DNA of 64,000 bases from the human T2T-CHM13v2.0 reference genome, Homo sapiens, in assembly GCF_009914755.1 (NCBI RefSeq), contig NC_060928.1; one strand, 5' to 3'. Positions 1-16,987 of the stretch are shown in pieces (within the stretch, counting starts at the first letter, position 1; each line of letters starts with the position of its first letter). A model generated the notes under the pieces. That model did no database searches. It worked only from the letters and a program-made list of their open reading frames with translations, and was not told where the DNA came from. The translations under genes were made by a program, and so were the position numbers.

Positions 1-740
1 TCTCTCCAGCCTTCCCCAGATTTCTGCCACAGTCAGCCCCAGGCACCCAGGACAACCCTAGACACTCACAGGCCTCACGAGAGTATCTCCCTATGACCTG
101 TACCTATACAGGGATGGCTCCCACGCATCCCTCAGTGACACAAAACCCATCTCCACTTACACTCAGACACTCCCAGGGCCTGACAGCTACTCCCCGTTAT
201 TGTCCTTCAGTTCGAAGTCCTGGCCAATCTACTAGCCCACATGACGCAGTTACCTGGCCATTACTCCACGGTTCCCGTGAGGGCCCCACACCCAGCCTCA
301 CAAGAGCCCCTCCTGCATTCCGTCCTCACACGCAGGCCTGTCCATCTACTTGCTACTGGCACACTCTTGCCAGCAGAAGAGGCCCCTGTCATGGCCGATA
401 TCACCACCCAGTCTATCCTCACCCCACAGCTGTGCAGCGGGACCCTCCTGCTGGCCCACGTGGCTGCCAGAGCCCATGCTGGCAAGACGCTCCAGCAGGT
501 CGGCGTCCCTGTGGGACACACTGCCCGTGACATGGCTAGCATCACCCTCCTTCCTGGCATTGACACTGTTGATGTGAACCCCAGTTTCACATCTGTCATT
601 TGTAAATAGGACCATTTTCCCTTTTCGCTCTCCCTTCCATTCACAGGGCTTTTCATTCTCTCTGTTTCTGCCTCCGTTTCAGATATTTACTCACCTTTTT
701 CTCTCTCACTATGTCTGCCGTGGTCTCCATGAGAGTGCGC

Positions 741-905
741 CACATAAGATTCCCCCATTAAAAGTCATGAATTGAGTGGCTTTTAGTATACCTGTGGTTG
801 TGCACATTCAATTTTAATTCGCAATCCATTGTAGAACGTCTTATCACCCCCGACCAGAGAAAAACTCTGTAGACATTAGTCACTCCTCATTCTGTTTCAA
901 TCCCT
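741..905 (-). mobile_element. Old L1M (L1MB-like) 3' fragment
   Basis: Degenerate L1M 3'-end motifs (tgagtggcttttagtatac...tagaacgtcttatcacccc...cattagtcactcctcattc); cut off at the satellite boundary. Confidence 0.55.
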
Positions 906-3900
906 CAGGGCCTGATGGGAAGGCACTTTCGTCTGTGGGGGACCCATTCCCTGCTTCTCCTTTGCGCGGTTTTTTTTTTTTTTGCTACGATAGATGCCTT
1001 TCCTCTCCTTCCTCAAATCTCACCTTCCCCTCATGTGGCTTCTGTCTGCCTTGGGGTACACCTAGCGGCCCGAGGTGCACTGTGGGATCGAACCAGGGAC
1101 TCCAGGGTCCCTGAGGCCCAGCACGAGGCCTGATGGGAAGATACTTTCGTCCGTTTGGAGGACCCAGTCCCCGCTTCTCCGCGGCTGTGTTTGTTTTTCT
1201 CTGCCCCAGGTGCCTCACCTTCCCCTCTTGTGCTTTTTGCAAGCTTTGGGGTACCCCTAGCGGCCCAAGGCATACCCTGGGCTTGAACCATGGAAGCCAG
1301 GTTCCACAGGGTCAAGCGCAGTGGCTGATGATAAGACACGTTCTTCCTCGGGGACCCAGGCTCTGCTTCTCTGTGGCGTTTTTTTTTCTTTTCTTTTCCA
1401 CAGGTGCCTCACTTTCCCGTCATGGGCTTTCTGCCCGCCTTGAGGTACCCCTAGCCGGCCCGAGGCGCACCCTTGTTTTGAGCCAGGGATGCTAGGGTCT
1501 CCGGGGCCCAGTGTAGGGCTTATGGGTAGGGACGTTCGTCCATGGGGAACCCAGGCCCCACTTCTGGTGGGCGCAGTTTTTTATTTTGTTCTCTGCCCCA
1601 GGTGTCTCACCTTTCCCTCATGGGCCTTCTGTCTGTCTTGGGGTACCCCTAGCGGCCTGAATCGCACCCTGGTCTCGAACCAGGAATGCCAGGGTCCCCT
1701 GTGCCCAGCGCAAGGGCTGATGGGAAGACACTTTCTTCCGTTGGGGATCCAGGCTCCGCTTCTCCGTGGTGCAGTTTTTTTTTTTCTGCCACAGGTGCCT
1801 CACCTCTCCTTCCTCAAACCTCAACTGCCCCTCATGGGATTTCTGCCCTCCTTGTGATACCCCTAGCAGGCCCGGGGCGCACCCGGGGCTCGAACTGGGG
1901 TCTCCAGCGTCCACAGGGCCCAGCGCAGGGACTGATGGGAAGGCATTTTCATCCTTGGGGTACCCAGGCCCAGCTTCTCCTAGGCGCGGCTTGTTTTCTT
2001 TTTTTTTTTCTGCCACAGTTTCCTCACCTCTCCTCCCTCAAACGTCAACTTCCCATCATGGGCTTTCTGCTCTACTTGGGGTACCCCTTCCGGCCCAAGG
2101 CTCTCCCTGGACTCGAACCATGGATGCCAGGGTCGCCGGGGCCTAGCGCAGGGGCTGATGGGAATGTACCTTCATCCGTGGGTACCCAGGCCCCGCTTCT
2201 CAAAGCTGCGGTTTTTTTTCTCCGCCCCTGGTGCCTCACCTTCCCCTCACTGGCCTTCTGCCTGCTTTGGGGTACCACGAGCAGGCCCGAGGCGCTCCCG
2301 GGTCTCCAATCAGGGTCGCCAGGTTCTCGGGGCTAGCGCAGGGGCTGATGGGAAGGCACTTTCATCAGTGGGGACCCAGGCCCGGCTTCTCCGAGGTGCT
2401 GATATATATATATATATATATATATTTTTCTGCCACAGGTGACTCACCTCTCCTCCCTTAAATCTCGCCTTCCCCTCATGGGCTTTCTGGCTTCCTTAGG
2501 GTACCCTAGCATGCCGGAGTCTCTTCTGGTCCTTGAACTAGGGTCGCCAGAGTCCAGGGGGCCCAGCGCAGGGGCTGATGAGAAGGCACTTTCGTCCGTG
2601 GGAGACCCAGGCCCCGCTTCTCTTCCGCACGGTTTTTTTTTTTTTCTGCCGCAGGTGCCTCACCTCTCTTCCCTCAAACCTCACCTTCCCCTCATGGGCC
2701 TTCTGCCCGTTTTGGGGTACACCTAGCGGGCCCGAGGTGCACCCAGGCCTAGAACCAGGGTCGCCTGGGTCCACGTGGCCCAGCTCAGGGACTGATGGGA
2801 AGGCACTTTTTTTCCATGGGAGACCCAGGCCCCACTTTTCCGTGGCGCGGTTTCTTTTTCTTTTCTGCCACAAGTGCCTCACCTCTCCTCCCTCACAGCT
2901 CACCTTCCTCTCATGGGCTTTCCACCGTGTTGGGGTATCCCTAGTGGCCCGAGACTCTCCCTGAGCTCCAACCAGGGACTCTAGGTTCCCCGGGGCCCAG
3001 CGCAGGGGCTGATGGGAAGGCACTTTCATCCGTGGGGTACCCAGGCCCCACCTCTCCGCGGTGCGGGTTTCTTTTTTTTCTTTTTCTGTGACAGGTGCCT
3101 CACCTCTCCTCCCTCAAAACTCACCTTCCCCTCACGGGTTTTGTGTCCCCAAAGCCCCCTTGGGGTGCACTTAGCGGCCGAGGCACACCCTGAGCTCGAA
3201 CGAGGGACACCAGGGTCCCTGGGTCCCAGTGCAGGGACTGATGGGAAGACACTTTCGTCTGTGGGGCTCCCAGGCCGTGTTTCTCCGTGGTGAAGTTTTT
3301 TTTTTTCTCTGCCCTAGGTGCCTCACCTTCCCCTTAGGGGCTTTCTGCCCACCTTGGGGTACCCCTACTGTCCCGAGGCGTACCCCAGGGTCAAACCAGG
3401 GACGCCAGGGTCCCCAGGGCCCAGCGAAGGGGCTGATGGGATGGCACTTTCATCCGTGGGGGACCCAGGCACTGCTTCTCGGCTGAGCATTTTTTTTTTC
3501 TCTGCCTCAGGTGCCTCACCTTCCCCTCATGGACCTTTTCTTTGCTTTGTGGTACCCCAAGCTGTCCCGAGGCGCACCCTGGGCTCGAACCAGGGTCGCC
3601 AGGGTCCACCAGGCCCAGCATAGGGCCTGATGGGAAGGCACTTTCATCCGTGGGGGACCCAGGCCCCGCTTCTCTGAGACGCGGTCCTCTTTTTTTATTT
3701 TTTCTGCCCCTGGTGCCTCACCTCTCCTCCCACAAACTTCAACTTCCACTCATGGGCCTTCTGTCCAAGTTGGGGTACCCCTAGTCGCCTGAGGCACACC
3801 CCGGGCGTGAACCAGGGATGCCAGGGTCCCTGGGGCCCAGCGCAAGGCCTGATGGGAAAAAACTTTCGTCCCTGGATGACCCAGACACTGCTTCGCGGCG

Positions 3901-3955
3901 CATTTTTTTTTCTTCTTTGCCCCAGGTGTCTCACCTTCCCCTCATGGGCCTTCTG
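906..3955. repeat. GC-rich tandem satellite, ~15 units of 190-230 bp, gamma-satellite (GSATII)-like
   Basis: The GATGGGAAGGCACTTT..GACCCAGGCCCCGCTTCTC..T-run..GGTGCCTCACCT..GGGGTACCCCTAG..CTCGAACCAGGG unit recurs at ~914, 1132, 1327, 1522, 1719, 1934, 2157, 2347, 2577, 2794, 3011, 3240, 3435, 3629 and 3851. Family name from recall. Confidence 0.85.
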
Positions 3956-4720
3956 CCTCTCTGCGCCTGCGCCGGCGCTGTGGGCCTCTCTGCGCCTGCC
4001 CCGGCGCTGTGGGCCTCTCTGCGCCTGCCCCGGCGCTGTGGGCCTCTCTGCGCCTTTCGCCCGCGCTGTGCGCCTTTGCGAGGGCGGAGCTGCGTTCTTC
4101 CCAGCACAGCCAAGGAGAGCATCGCCAGGGCGGAGCTGAGTTCTCCTCTGCACAGACTTCAGAGATACAGCGAAGGCGGAGCAGTGTTCTCCTCAGCACA
4201 GACCCAGGCGGGCCGGGGGCACCGCGAGGGCGGAGCTGCGTTCTGCTCAGCACAGACCCGGGGGACACCGCTAAGGCAGAGCAGCGTTCTCCTCAGCACA
4301 GACCTTTGGGGCACTGCCTCGCTTTGGGACAACTCGGGACCGCATAGACGGTGAATAAAATCCTTCCCTTTTGCAGCCCTGAATAATCAGGGCCAGAGAC
4401 CAGTTAGAAGGGCTCAGTGTGGAAAAGGGAAACCAAAAGCCCCTCTGAATCCTGCCAACCGAGGTTCTCCCCAGCCAAGCCGAGGCGGCCACAGTGCGAG
4501 ATCCACACCGCAGACTCGGAAGACAAATGCAGCATTCCTAATGCAGACATGACACCCAAATTATGACACTCCCATTGCTCATGTAACAAGCACCTGTAAT
4601 GCTAATGCACTGCCTCAATACAAAAATATTAATATAAGATCCGCAATCCCCTTGCTGCCATGCAGTCCTAAGACAGAGATCATAATAATCAACATTGACA
4701 TAGTACAAACGTAGTAACGA
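3950..4720 (+). repeat. TAR1 telomere-associated repeat with 29-bp (GGGCCTCTCTGCGCCTGCGCCGGCGCTGT) and ~37-bp (GCGGAGCTGCGTTCTCCTCAGCACAGACCC..) repeats
   Basis: About four 29-bp units at ~3950-4080 and ~5-6 GGAGCTGCGTTCT..CAGCACAGAC units at ~4085-4305; these match the human subtelomeric block, oriented towards TTAGGG. Confidence 0.9.
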
Positions 4721-4723
4721 ACC

Positions 4724-5015
4724 TAGGGTTAAGGTTGGTGTTAGGGTTAGGGGTTAGGGGTTAAGTTTAGGGTTAGGGGTTGGAGATAGGGGTTGGGGTC
4801 AGAGTTAAGAGTTAAGAGTCAACGTTTAGAGTTAGAGGTTAAGAGAGGTTAGGGGTTAGGGATAAGGGGTTAGGGTTGGATTAGTGTGAGGGTGAGGGTT
4901 GTGGTTAGGGGTTAGGCTTAGGGGTTACGGTTAAGGGTTAGGGTTAGGGTCAGGGGTTAGGGGTCAGGGTCAGGGGTTAGGGATCAGGGTCAGGGGTCAG
5001 GGTCAGGTTCAGGGG
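4724..5015 (+). repeat. Degenerate interstitial telomeric tract (TTAGGG, TTAGGGG, TTGGGG, TGAGGG, TCAGGG)
   Basis: Directly visible, e.g. ttagggttaggggttagggg at 4741 and ggttagggtcaggggttaggggtcagggtcagggg near 4940. Confidence 0.95.
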
Positions 5016-5016
5016 T

Positions 5017-7595
<2,579 letters not shown>

Positions 7596-7829
7596 TGTGA
7601 GGAACAACCAAATTGTTTTCCGCAGCAAGGGCATCATTTTCTATTCCTAGCAGCCAAATCATGAGGGCTCCAACTTCTCCACCTCCTTAGCAACATTTAT
7701 TTTCTGTGTCATTGTTATGAAAGCCTTACTTGTGGGTGCAGAGTGGCATGAATGTAGTCAATTAACACGTTTATTACCTCACAGAATCGTCACCTTTTTG
7801 TGTGCATGGGTGGGATAAGAAAACTTAAC

Positions 7830-8940
7830 TCTATCCCCTGTGACGGAGTAGTGGCCATTCCAGCTGCTCCAGGCTCCAGCAGAGGAAGACCGGGGTATGT
7901 GGCCCCACCAGGGTGACCCTCAGGCCTGGCGCGCACGCATTCCAGAGGCCACCCAAACCATGCTCCGCCATCTGGGCGCCCAAGCTGCCGTCGCCCTCTG
8001 TGTGCAGGCAGCAGCTGCCTGGCAACCCCCGAGCCCGCTCGCGCTCCTAGCATCACAGAAGCAGGGCCACGTGTCCCAGTGGCTGCAGCCAAGCCAGGCA
8101 TTCTGCCCTGCGGCAGCAGCTGCACAGGAGCGAGAACTGAGAACCCACCGCTCAACCCCACACGAGGTGACTGCCGAGTGCCCATACAAACGGCTCCGAT
8201 CTCCCTCAGGTGGAGGAGTGGTCGGGAGGCACGGCCTGGGGGCCCTGAGGCTGGGCGCGCTGGCGATCCCAAGGCCGACCAGGCCATGCACTTCCAGCCC
8301 GCCTGGGCACCCGAGCTGCAGCCGCCTTCTGCGTGCAGGCAGCAGCCTCCAGGCAACTCCCGAGCTCGCCCACACTCCCCACATCTCGGAAGCAGGGCCA
8401 AATGTCCCTGTGGCTGTGGCCAAGCCAGGCGGTCTGTCCTGCAGCAGCTGCACAGGGGCGGGAACCGGCCCTCAGCCCCATCCCCGGTGGCTGCAGAGGG
8501 CCCCTGGATAGAGACCTGGAGCTCTGACAGAGGAGGAGCCGGGCCGGGGCAGGGTCTGGCAGGCTCTCAGGCCAGGGGCACCCGCGATCCAGAGGCGGCC
8601 CAGGGCATGCTCCACCACCTGGGCACCCAGCTACAGGCGCCGGGCGACTCCCAAGCTGGCTGGCGCGCCCAGCCTCGCAGAACTGGGGCTAGATGTCGCC
8701 GTGGCTGCGACCAAGCCAGGCGGTCTGCCCAGGGGCGGCTGCACCGGGGCAGGAACCGACCCTCAGCCCCATCCCCGGTGGCTGCAGACGGCCGCTGGGG
8801 CGGCCCCGATCTCTCTTCGGAGGAGGAGAGGGGCAGGAGTCACGGCCAGGCGGGCCCTCAGGCGGGAAGGAATGCGCGCCTGCGATTCCGGGACGTCCCG
8901 CGCCAGCCCAGGAGAACCTGCAAGCCAGCGGCGCCTGTTT
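7830..8940. repeat. GC/CpG-rich element with three diverged ~290-330 bp units, REP522-like
   Basis: GTGGCTG..CCAAGCCAGGC..CTGC..GCAGCTGCAC.GG recurs at ~8079, 8410 and 8701. Family assignment from recall only. Confidence 0.55.
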
Positions 8941-8954
8941 CTCTGTGTGATTCT

Positions 8955-11360
8955 TTGAGGAACCACCAAACTCTTTTCCACAGCAAGTGCATCATTTTCT
9001 ATTCCTAGCAGCCAGTTCATGAGGGCTCCAGTTTCTCCACCTCCTTAGCAACATTGATTTTCTGTGTCGTTGTTATGAAAGCCTTACTAGTGGATGCAAA
9101 GTGGCGTCTCATTTGGGTTTTGCCTTGCATTTTATTAATGAATAATGGTGTTTAGCATCTTTTCTTTTCCTTCTTAGACATTTGTGTATCTTCTTTGGAG
9201 AAATGTCTGTTCAAGTCCTTTGCCTATTTTTTTAATTGGGATCTTAGAAATTCTGTTGTTGAGTTGTGGGATATTAAGCTTTTATCAGATACACATTTTG
9301 ATTTTATCAGATACATATTTTCTCACATATTATGGGTTGTCTTTTCACTCCCTTGATAGTATCCTTTGATGCATAAAGGGTTTTTTTATTTTGATTAAAT
9401 CTAATTTTCGTGTATTTTCTTTTGTTATCTGTGCTTTTCTGTCATATTTCAAAATACACTTAAAACTCAAAGGTCATAAAGGTTTACCGTGTGTTTTCTT
9501 CTAAGAGTTACATATTTTTAGTCCTTACATTTAAGTCTTTTATTAATTTAGAATTAATTTTTGTATATACTGCAAGGTAGGGGTCTAACTTCTCTCTTGT
9601 GCACTGACATCCAGCTGTTGAAGAGACTGTTCTTTCCTCCCTTGACTAGACTTGGCCACCTTGTTGAACAGTCATTGACCATATATGTGAGGACTAACTT
9701 GTAGGATCTCAAATCTGTTCTATTGTATTTGTCTGAAAGTCTATTGGTCTTATTCCAGTACCACACTCTCTTGATTACTGTAGATTTGTAGTAGGCTGTG
9801 AAACTGAAAAATGTGAGTTTTCCAATGTTCTTTTTCAAGACTGTTTTGTCTGTCAGATCCTTTGAATTTTTGTATGATTTTAGAATGAGTTTCTTTGTTT
9901 CTGCAAAAATGCCTTTGGGATTTTGATGGTATTGCATTGAATCTGTAGATTACTTTAGATGGTATTGTCATCTTAACAATATTGTCTTACAACCCGTGAA
10001 CACAGAATGTCTTTCCACTTATTTCCACTCTCTTTAGTTTTTTGCAGCAATGTTTTGTGTATACCACCATGGTTAGATTTATGCCTGAATAACGTATTCT
10101 TTGATGTCATTATAAATGGAATTTTTAAAATGTTTTCATAGTTCTTTACAACTATATAGAAATATAGCTCATTTGCCTATGTTTGTTTGCATCCTGCCTC
10201 TTTTATTAGTTATAATCGGTTTTGTGTTTTGTTTGGAGCTTTATACCTACAAGATCATGTGTAGATATAATTTTACACCTATTTTTTATTTCTAATTTAG
10301 ATGCCTTTTATTTCTTTGTCTTGCCTAATTGCTCTGGCTAGAACTGCCAGTGCTACGTTGAATACAAGTGGCAAATGCACCATCCTTTTCTTCTAGATAT
10401 TAGGAAAACAGCTCTCAGTGTTTCATCATTGATCATGATATTAACTGTTGGGTTTTTGTACATCCCATTGTCATGTTGCAGAAGATCCCTTCTATGCCTA
10501 GTTTATTGAGTATTTTTATTATAGAAGGGTGTTGTATTTCATCAATGTTTTCTCTGCATCAATTGAAATAATCACGTGCTTATTCATTTTACTGTTACAG
10601 CATATTACACTGATTGATTTTTTATATGTTGAACCACCCTTGCATTTTGGGGATAAATCTCAAAGGGTGATAGTTTACAATCCTTTGATTATACAGTATT
10701 GCTGCTAGTATTTTGCTAGTATTGCTAGTATTTTGCTGAGATTTTTGCTTATATATTCATAAGGGATATAGTGCTGTATTTCTCTCTTTTGTGCTCTCTT
10801 TGTCTTTGGTATAAGGATAATGCTGTTATCAAAAAATGAATTAGCAAGTATTCCTTCTTCATATATTTTGTCAGAAGAGTTTGAGAAGAAATGGTATTAA
10901 TTCTTCTTTAAATGTTAGGTTGACTCACCAGTTAATGCAGCTATTTGGTCATAAATGTTTCTTTGTTAATCGCTTTCGATTACTAATTCAATCTCCTAGG
11001 TTATAGGTCTATTCAGATTTTCTCTTTCTTCTTGAGCCACCTTGGTAGTTTGTGTCTTTCTAGCGATTCATCCATTTCATCCAGGGCACCTAATTTGTTG
11101 CTAGACAGTTGTTCACAGTATACTCCTATAATCCTTTTGTATTTCTGTAAAGTTGGTAGTAATGGCTCTGCTTTCATTTATTATTTTAATAATTAGTCTT
11201 CCATCTTTTGCTCAGTCAATATAGTGAAAGGCTTGATCTTTCAAAGAATCTACATTTTTTCATTCTACTGCTCTCCAACCTTCTATTTGATTGATTTATG
11301 CTCTAATTATGCTCTTTATTATTTCTTTCCTTCTGCTAGCTTTGGATTTAGTCTTCCACC
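8955..11360 (-). mobile_element. Old L1M ORF2 3' region
   Basis: Minus-strand ORF remnants IYRFNAIPSK and YYKSTVIKRVWYW; T-rich L1 antisense texture. Confidence 0.85.
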
Positions 11361-11602
11361 TGGATTTATTTTGGGAGTGATATTGATGTAACTTCATGGA
11401 AATAATACTAGATAGAAAGTTAGCAGATAGATTCTCTATCTGATGAGAGTTTGGGGCAAGTCGAGTACCAGGTTACCAAGTTTTATTTTTTTCTCTGACC
11501 CAAAAAACAATTTGGCAGCCGGTGAGAAACTCTCACAGCTCTGGATGTGAGTTTAGGACACTGCATTTCTACCATTCAATTTCTTACTACTTTTTTGCAC
11601 AG

Positions 11603-11739
11603 GGATCATGGCACAAGTTGCAGTTTCCACCCTGCCCATGGAAGATGAGGAGTCCATGGAAGATGAGGAGTCTGTTGAAGATGATTCCGTGGAGAGCAGG
11701 ATGGTGGTGACATTTCTCGTATCAGCTCTCAAGTCCACG
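11603..11739 (+). pseudogene. GTF2I: Orphan copy 1 of the GTF2I/GTF2IRD2 first coding exon
   Basis: cacag|GGATC with ATG at 11608 encodes [44 protein letters not shown]|gtgaga; compare GTF2I [33 protein letters not shown] and GTF2IRD2 [10 protein letters not shown]. No downstream exons seen. Confidence 0.9.
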
Positions 11740-12507
11740 GTGAGACCTTCTGTTCTAATATGATATAATTGGGTAGAACTGGGTGGTAGATAAGGTTGAT
11801 TTGTTTTTGTAGAACTTATAATTTTATGATTTGTAGTTCTAATGAGTAGATCTTTTTCTGGAATAGTAGTTATGGTCAAACACTTCTAACCAAAAGTGCC
11901 ATGTTGTCCAGTCTGGTCTCAAAATATGGGGCTCAAGAGACCTGCCCACCTTGGCCTCCCAAAATACTGGGATTACAGGTGTAAGCCCCTGAATCTGGCC
12001 AGATATTTTTCTTTTTATGGCTGAATAATACTCTGTGTATGTATATATTACATTTTCTTTATCTATTCACCTACTGATGGGCATTAGGTTTGGGCTACCT
12101 TTTGGCCACTGTGAATAATGCTGCTGTTAATCGGGTGTACAAATACCTGTTTGAGTCCCTGCTCTCAGTTCTTTTGGGTATATACGCTTAAAGGGTGTTG
12201 ATGGATCATATAATTCTATGCTTCATATTTTTAAGGAGCTGCTAAACCATTTTCCACAGTGGGCTGTACCATTTTACATTCCAAAAAGCAATGCATACAG
12301 CTTCCAATTTCTCTATAGCCTTGCTGACAGTTAATATTTTCTGTTTATGTATTGTATTTTTATAGTGTTTGAAATTAATCTGAGGCTTTTTGCTGATACC
12401 AAAATATTAGGAAAGGTTTTCCAAAAATAATACTGCTTATTATAAAGGATTTTACGTGTTACTTGATGCCCTGTGATCTGTTTTCTAAGTAAGAAGAGGA
12501 ACTTCTT

Positions 12508-13359
<852 letters not shown>

Positions 13360-13575
13360 TGATCTAACTTATGGAAATAATACTAGATAGTTAGCGGATG
13401 GATTCTGTATCTGATGAGAGTTTTGGGCAAAACTCCTAGTTTCTGAGTCTTATTTTTCCCCTGATTCAAGAAAACTGTGAATTATCCAGCCAGTAAAAAA
13501 CTCTCACAGCTCCGGATGTGAGTTTAGGACACTGGATTTCTACCACTCATTTTCTTACTACTTTTCTTGTGCAAG

Positions 13576-13693
13576 GATCATGGCACAAGTTGCAGTTTCC
13601 ACCCTGCCCATTGAAGATGAGGAGTCTGTTGAAGATGAGGAGTCCTTGGAGAGCAGGATGATGGTGACATTCCTGTCAGCTCTCGACTCCATG
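13576..13693 (+). pseudogene. GTF2I: Orphan copy 2 of the GTF2I/GTF2IRD2 first coding exon
   Basis: gcaag|GATC with ATG at 13580 encodes [38 protein letters not shown]|gtcaga. Confidence 0.9.
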
Positions 13694-13844
13694 GTCAGAC
13701 CTTCTGTTCTCACATTCTGTAGTTCAGTAGGACTGGGCGGTAGATAAGGTTGATTTGTTTTTGTAGAACTTACAATTTTGTGATTTTTAGTTCTAATGAG
13801 TAGACCTTTTTCATGAATAGTAGTTACGGTCAAACACCTCTGAC

Positions 13845-15339
<1,495 letters not shown>

Positions 15340-15340
<1 letters not shown>

Positions 15341-15790
15341 TTTTCTTTTTCTTTTGAACACAGAGTCTCTGTTTCACCCAATCTGGAGTGCAGTGATGGT
15401 GTTGTAGTTAACTGCAGTCTCAACCACCTGTGCTCAAGCAATTCTCCCACCTCAGCCTTCCAAGCATCTGGGACTACAGGTGCACACCATCCATGCCCAG
15501 CTAATTTTTGTATTTTTTTTTGTAGAGATGGGATCTTGTTATATTGCCGAGGCTGGTCTTGAACTCTGGGGCTAAAGCGATCCTTTCACCACAACCTCTC
15601 AAGTAGCTGAAACTACAGATGCATACTACCATGCCCAGCTAATTTTTTCTTATTTCTTTTTGTTGTTTAATTGAGGGGGTCTCGCCGTGTTTCCCAGGCT
15701 GGTCCTGAAGTTTTGGCCTCAAGCGTTTCTCCTGCTTTGACCTCCTAAACTGTTGGGATTATGGTTGTGAGCCACGGCCTCTGTGTCCAG
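15340..15790 (-). mobile_element. Nested or compound AluJ elements
   Basis: Several degenerate antisense Alu arms. Confidence 0.8.
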
Positions 15791-16150
15791 CAATCACAAG
15801 AGGTCTTTATAAGTGAAAGAGGGAGGTAAGAGAGTCCGAATTGAAGGAGATTTGATGATGGAAGCACAGGTCACAGAGGGAGATTCGAATATGCTTTGCT
15901 TCTGGCTTTGAAGATGCAGTTAGGAGCCATGAGCCAAAGAATAGCAGTGGCTTTAGCAACTGGGAAAGGCAAGGGAACATATTCTCTCCAGAACCTCCAG
16001 AAGGGATGCAGTCCTGCTGGCACCTTGACTTTAGCCTTAATAGACCTATTTTGGACTTCTGGCCCCCAGACCTCTTAGTTAGTAGATTTGTGGTGTATTA
16101 AGCCACTCAATGTAGGGTAGTTTGTAACAGCGGCAAGAAGAAATGAACAT
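15790..16150 (+). mobile_element. MaLR LTR (MLT1D-like)
   Basis: ggctttgaagatg..gccatgagccaaagaa..aaaggcaagggaacatattctctccagaacctccagaagg..ttaagccact..tttgtaacagcggcaagaagaaatgaaca. Confidence 0.75.
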
Positions 16151-16389
16151 GAAGCCAGAATTGGTGGCCCACACCTATAATTCCAGCTATTTAGGAGGTT
16201 GAGGCAGGATGGTTTCTTTGGCCCAGCAGTTCACGATAAGTCTGGCCCTGAGGCAGGACAATTTCTTGACCTAAGAGCTCCAGGTCTCAGTGCGTTGTGA
16301 TCATGCCATGGCACCCCAGTCTGAGTGACACAGCGAGATTATATCTTAGAAAAAAAAAGAAAAAAGAAATGAGTGAGCATGGCAGGAAT

Positions 16390-16900
16390 AGGGACAGATA
16401 GCAATATTAAATAAAGTGGTCAGGGTTGGCCTCCTAAGTGAAAATTGAGCAAAGACTTGAAGGAGGGGAAGGAGCTGGCCAAGGTACTGAGGGAAGAGCA
16501 TTGTAGGCAGAAACAACAGAATAAAGATGCTAAGAGGGAACTCCGTGGTGTGTCTGAAGCTCAGGAAAGAGGTCTGTGGAGTAGAGAGAGGGAGAGAAGT
16601 AGGGAAGGAGGCCAGGGAGTTGTTGGACTCAGATCAGTGCAGATTGTGTAAGCCCTGGGAGGTTATTGCTGGGGCTTTGGTTTTTATTCTGTCTGAGATG
16701 GGAGATGAGGAAGGGTTCTGAGCAGAGAGGTGACGCGAACTGTCTACTGATTTAAAAGCATCCCATGGCAGCTGAGTTGAGAAAGATTGTGGGAAGATTT
16801 GGGTAGAAGCAGGGAGGCCATGCTGTGGCAACCTCCAGGTGGGAGATGATAATGGTTCTGACCAGGGCCCTGGCAATGGTGAGAGATGGTTGATTCTTGT
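16390..16900 (-). mobile_element. L2 fragment
   Basis: Purine-rich motifs gagcaaagacttgaagga..ttttattctgtctgagatgggag..gagcagagaggtgac. Confidence 0.65.
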
Positions 16901-16987
16901 TGAAATAGTAAGTAATTAAAAAAAAACCACTACTGCTTTTCCCAATTATATGAAGTATGGGATGCTAGATTACAGAAATCTTAAGTC

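Noticed and set aside
915-4354. Many 60-216 aa ORFs on both strands
   Set aside because: They are translations of GC-rich satellite and TAR1 units with recurring peptides (GLMGRHF, CPRCLTFP); not genes
4724-5015. Real telomere or the chr2 head-to-head fusion site
   Set aside because: Short, degenerate, single orientation, followed by L1 rather than a (CCCTAA)n array
7790-9020. 309-aa and ~200-aa ORFs
   Set aside because: Stop-poor GC-rich internally repetitive DNA, open in most frames, with no recognisable domain
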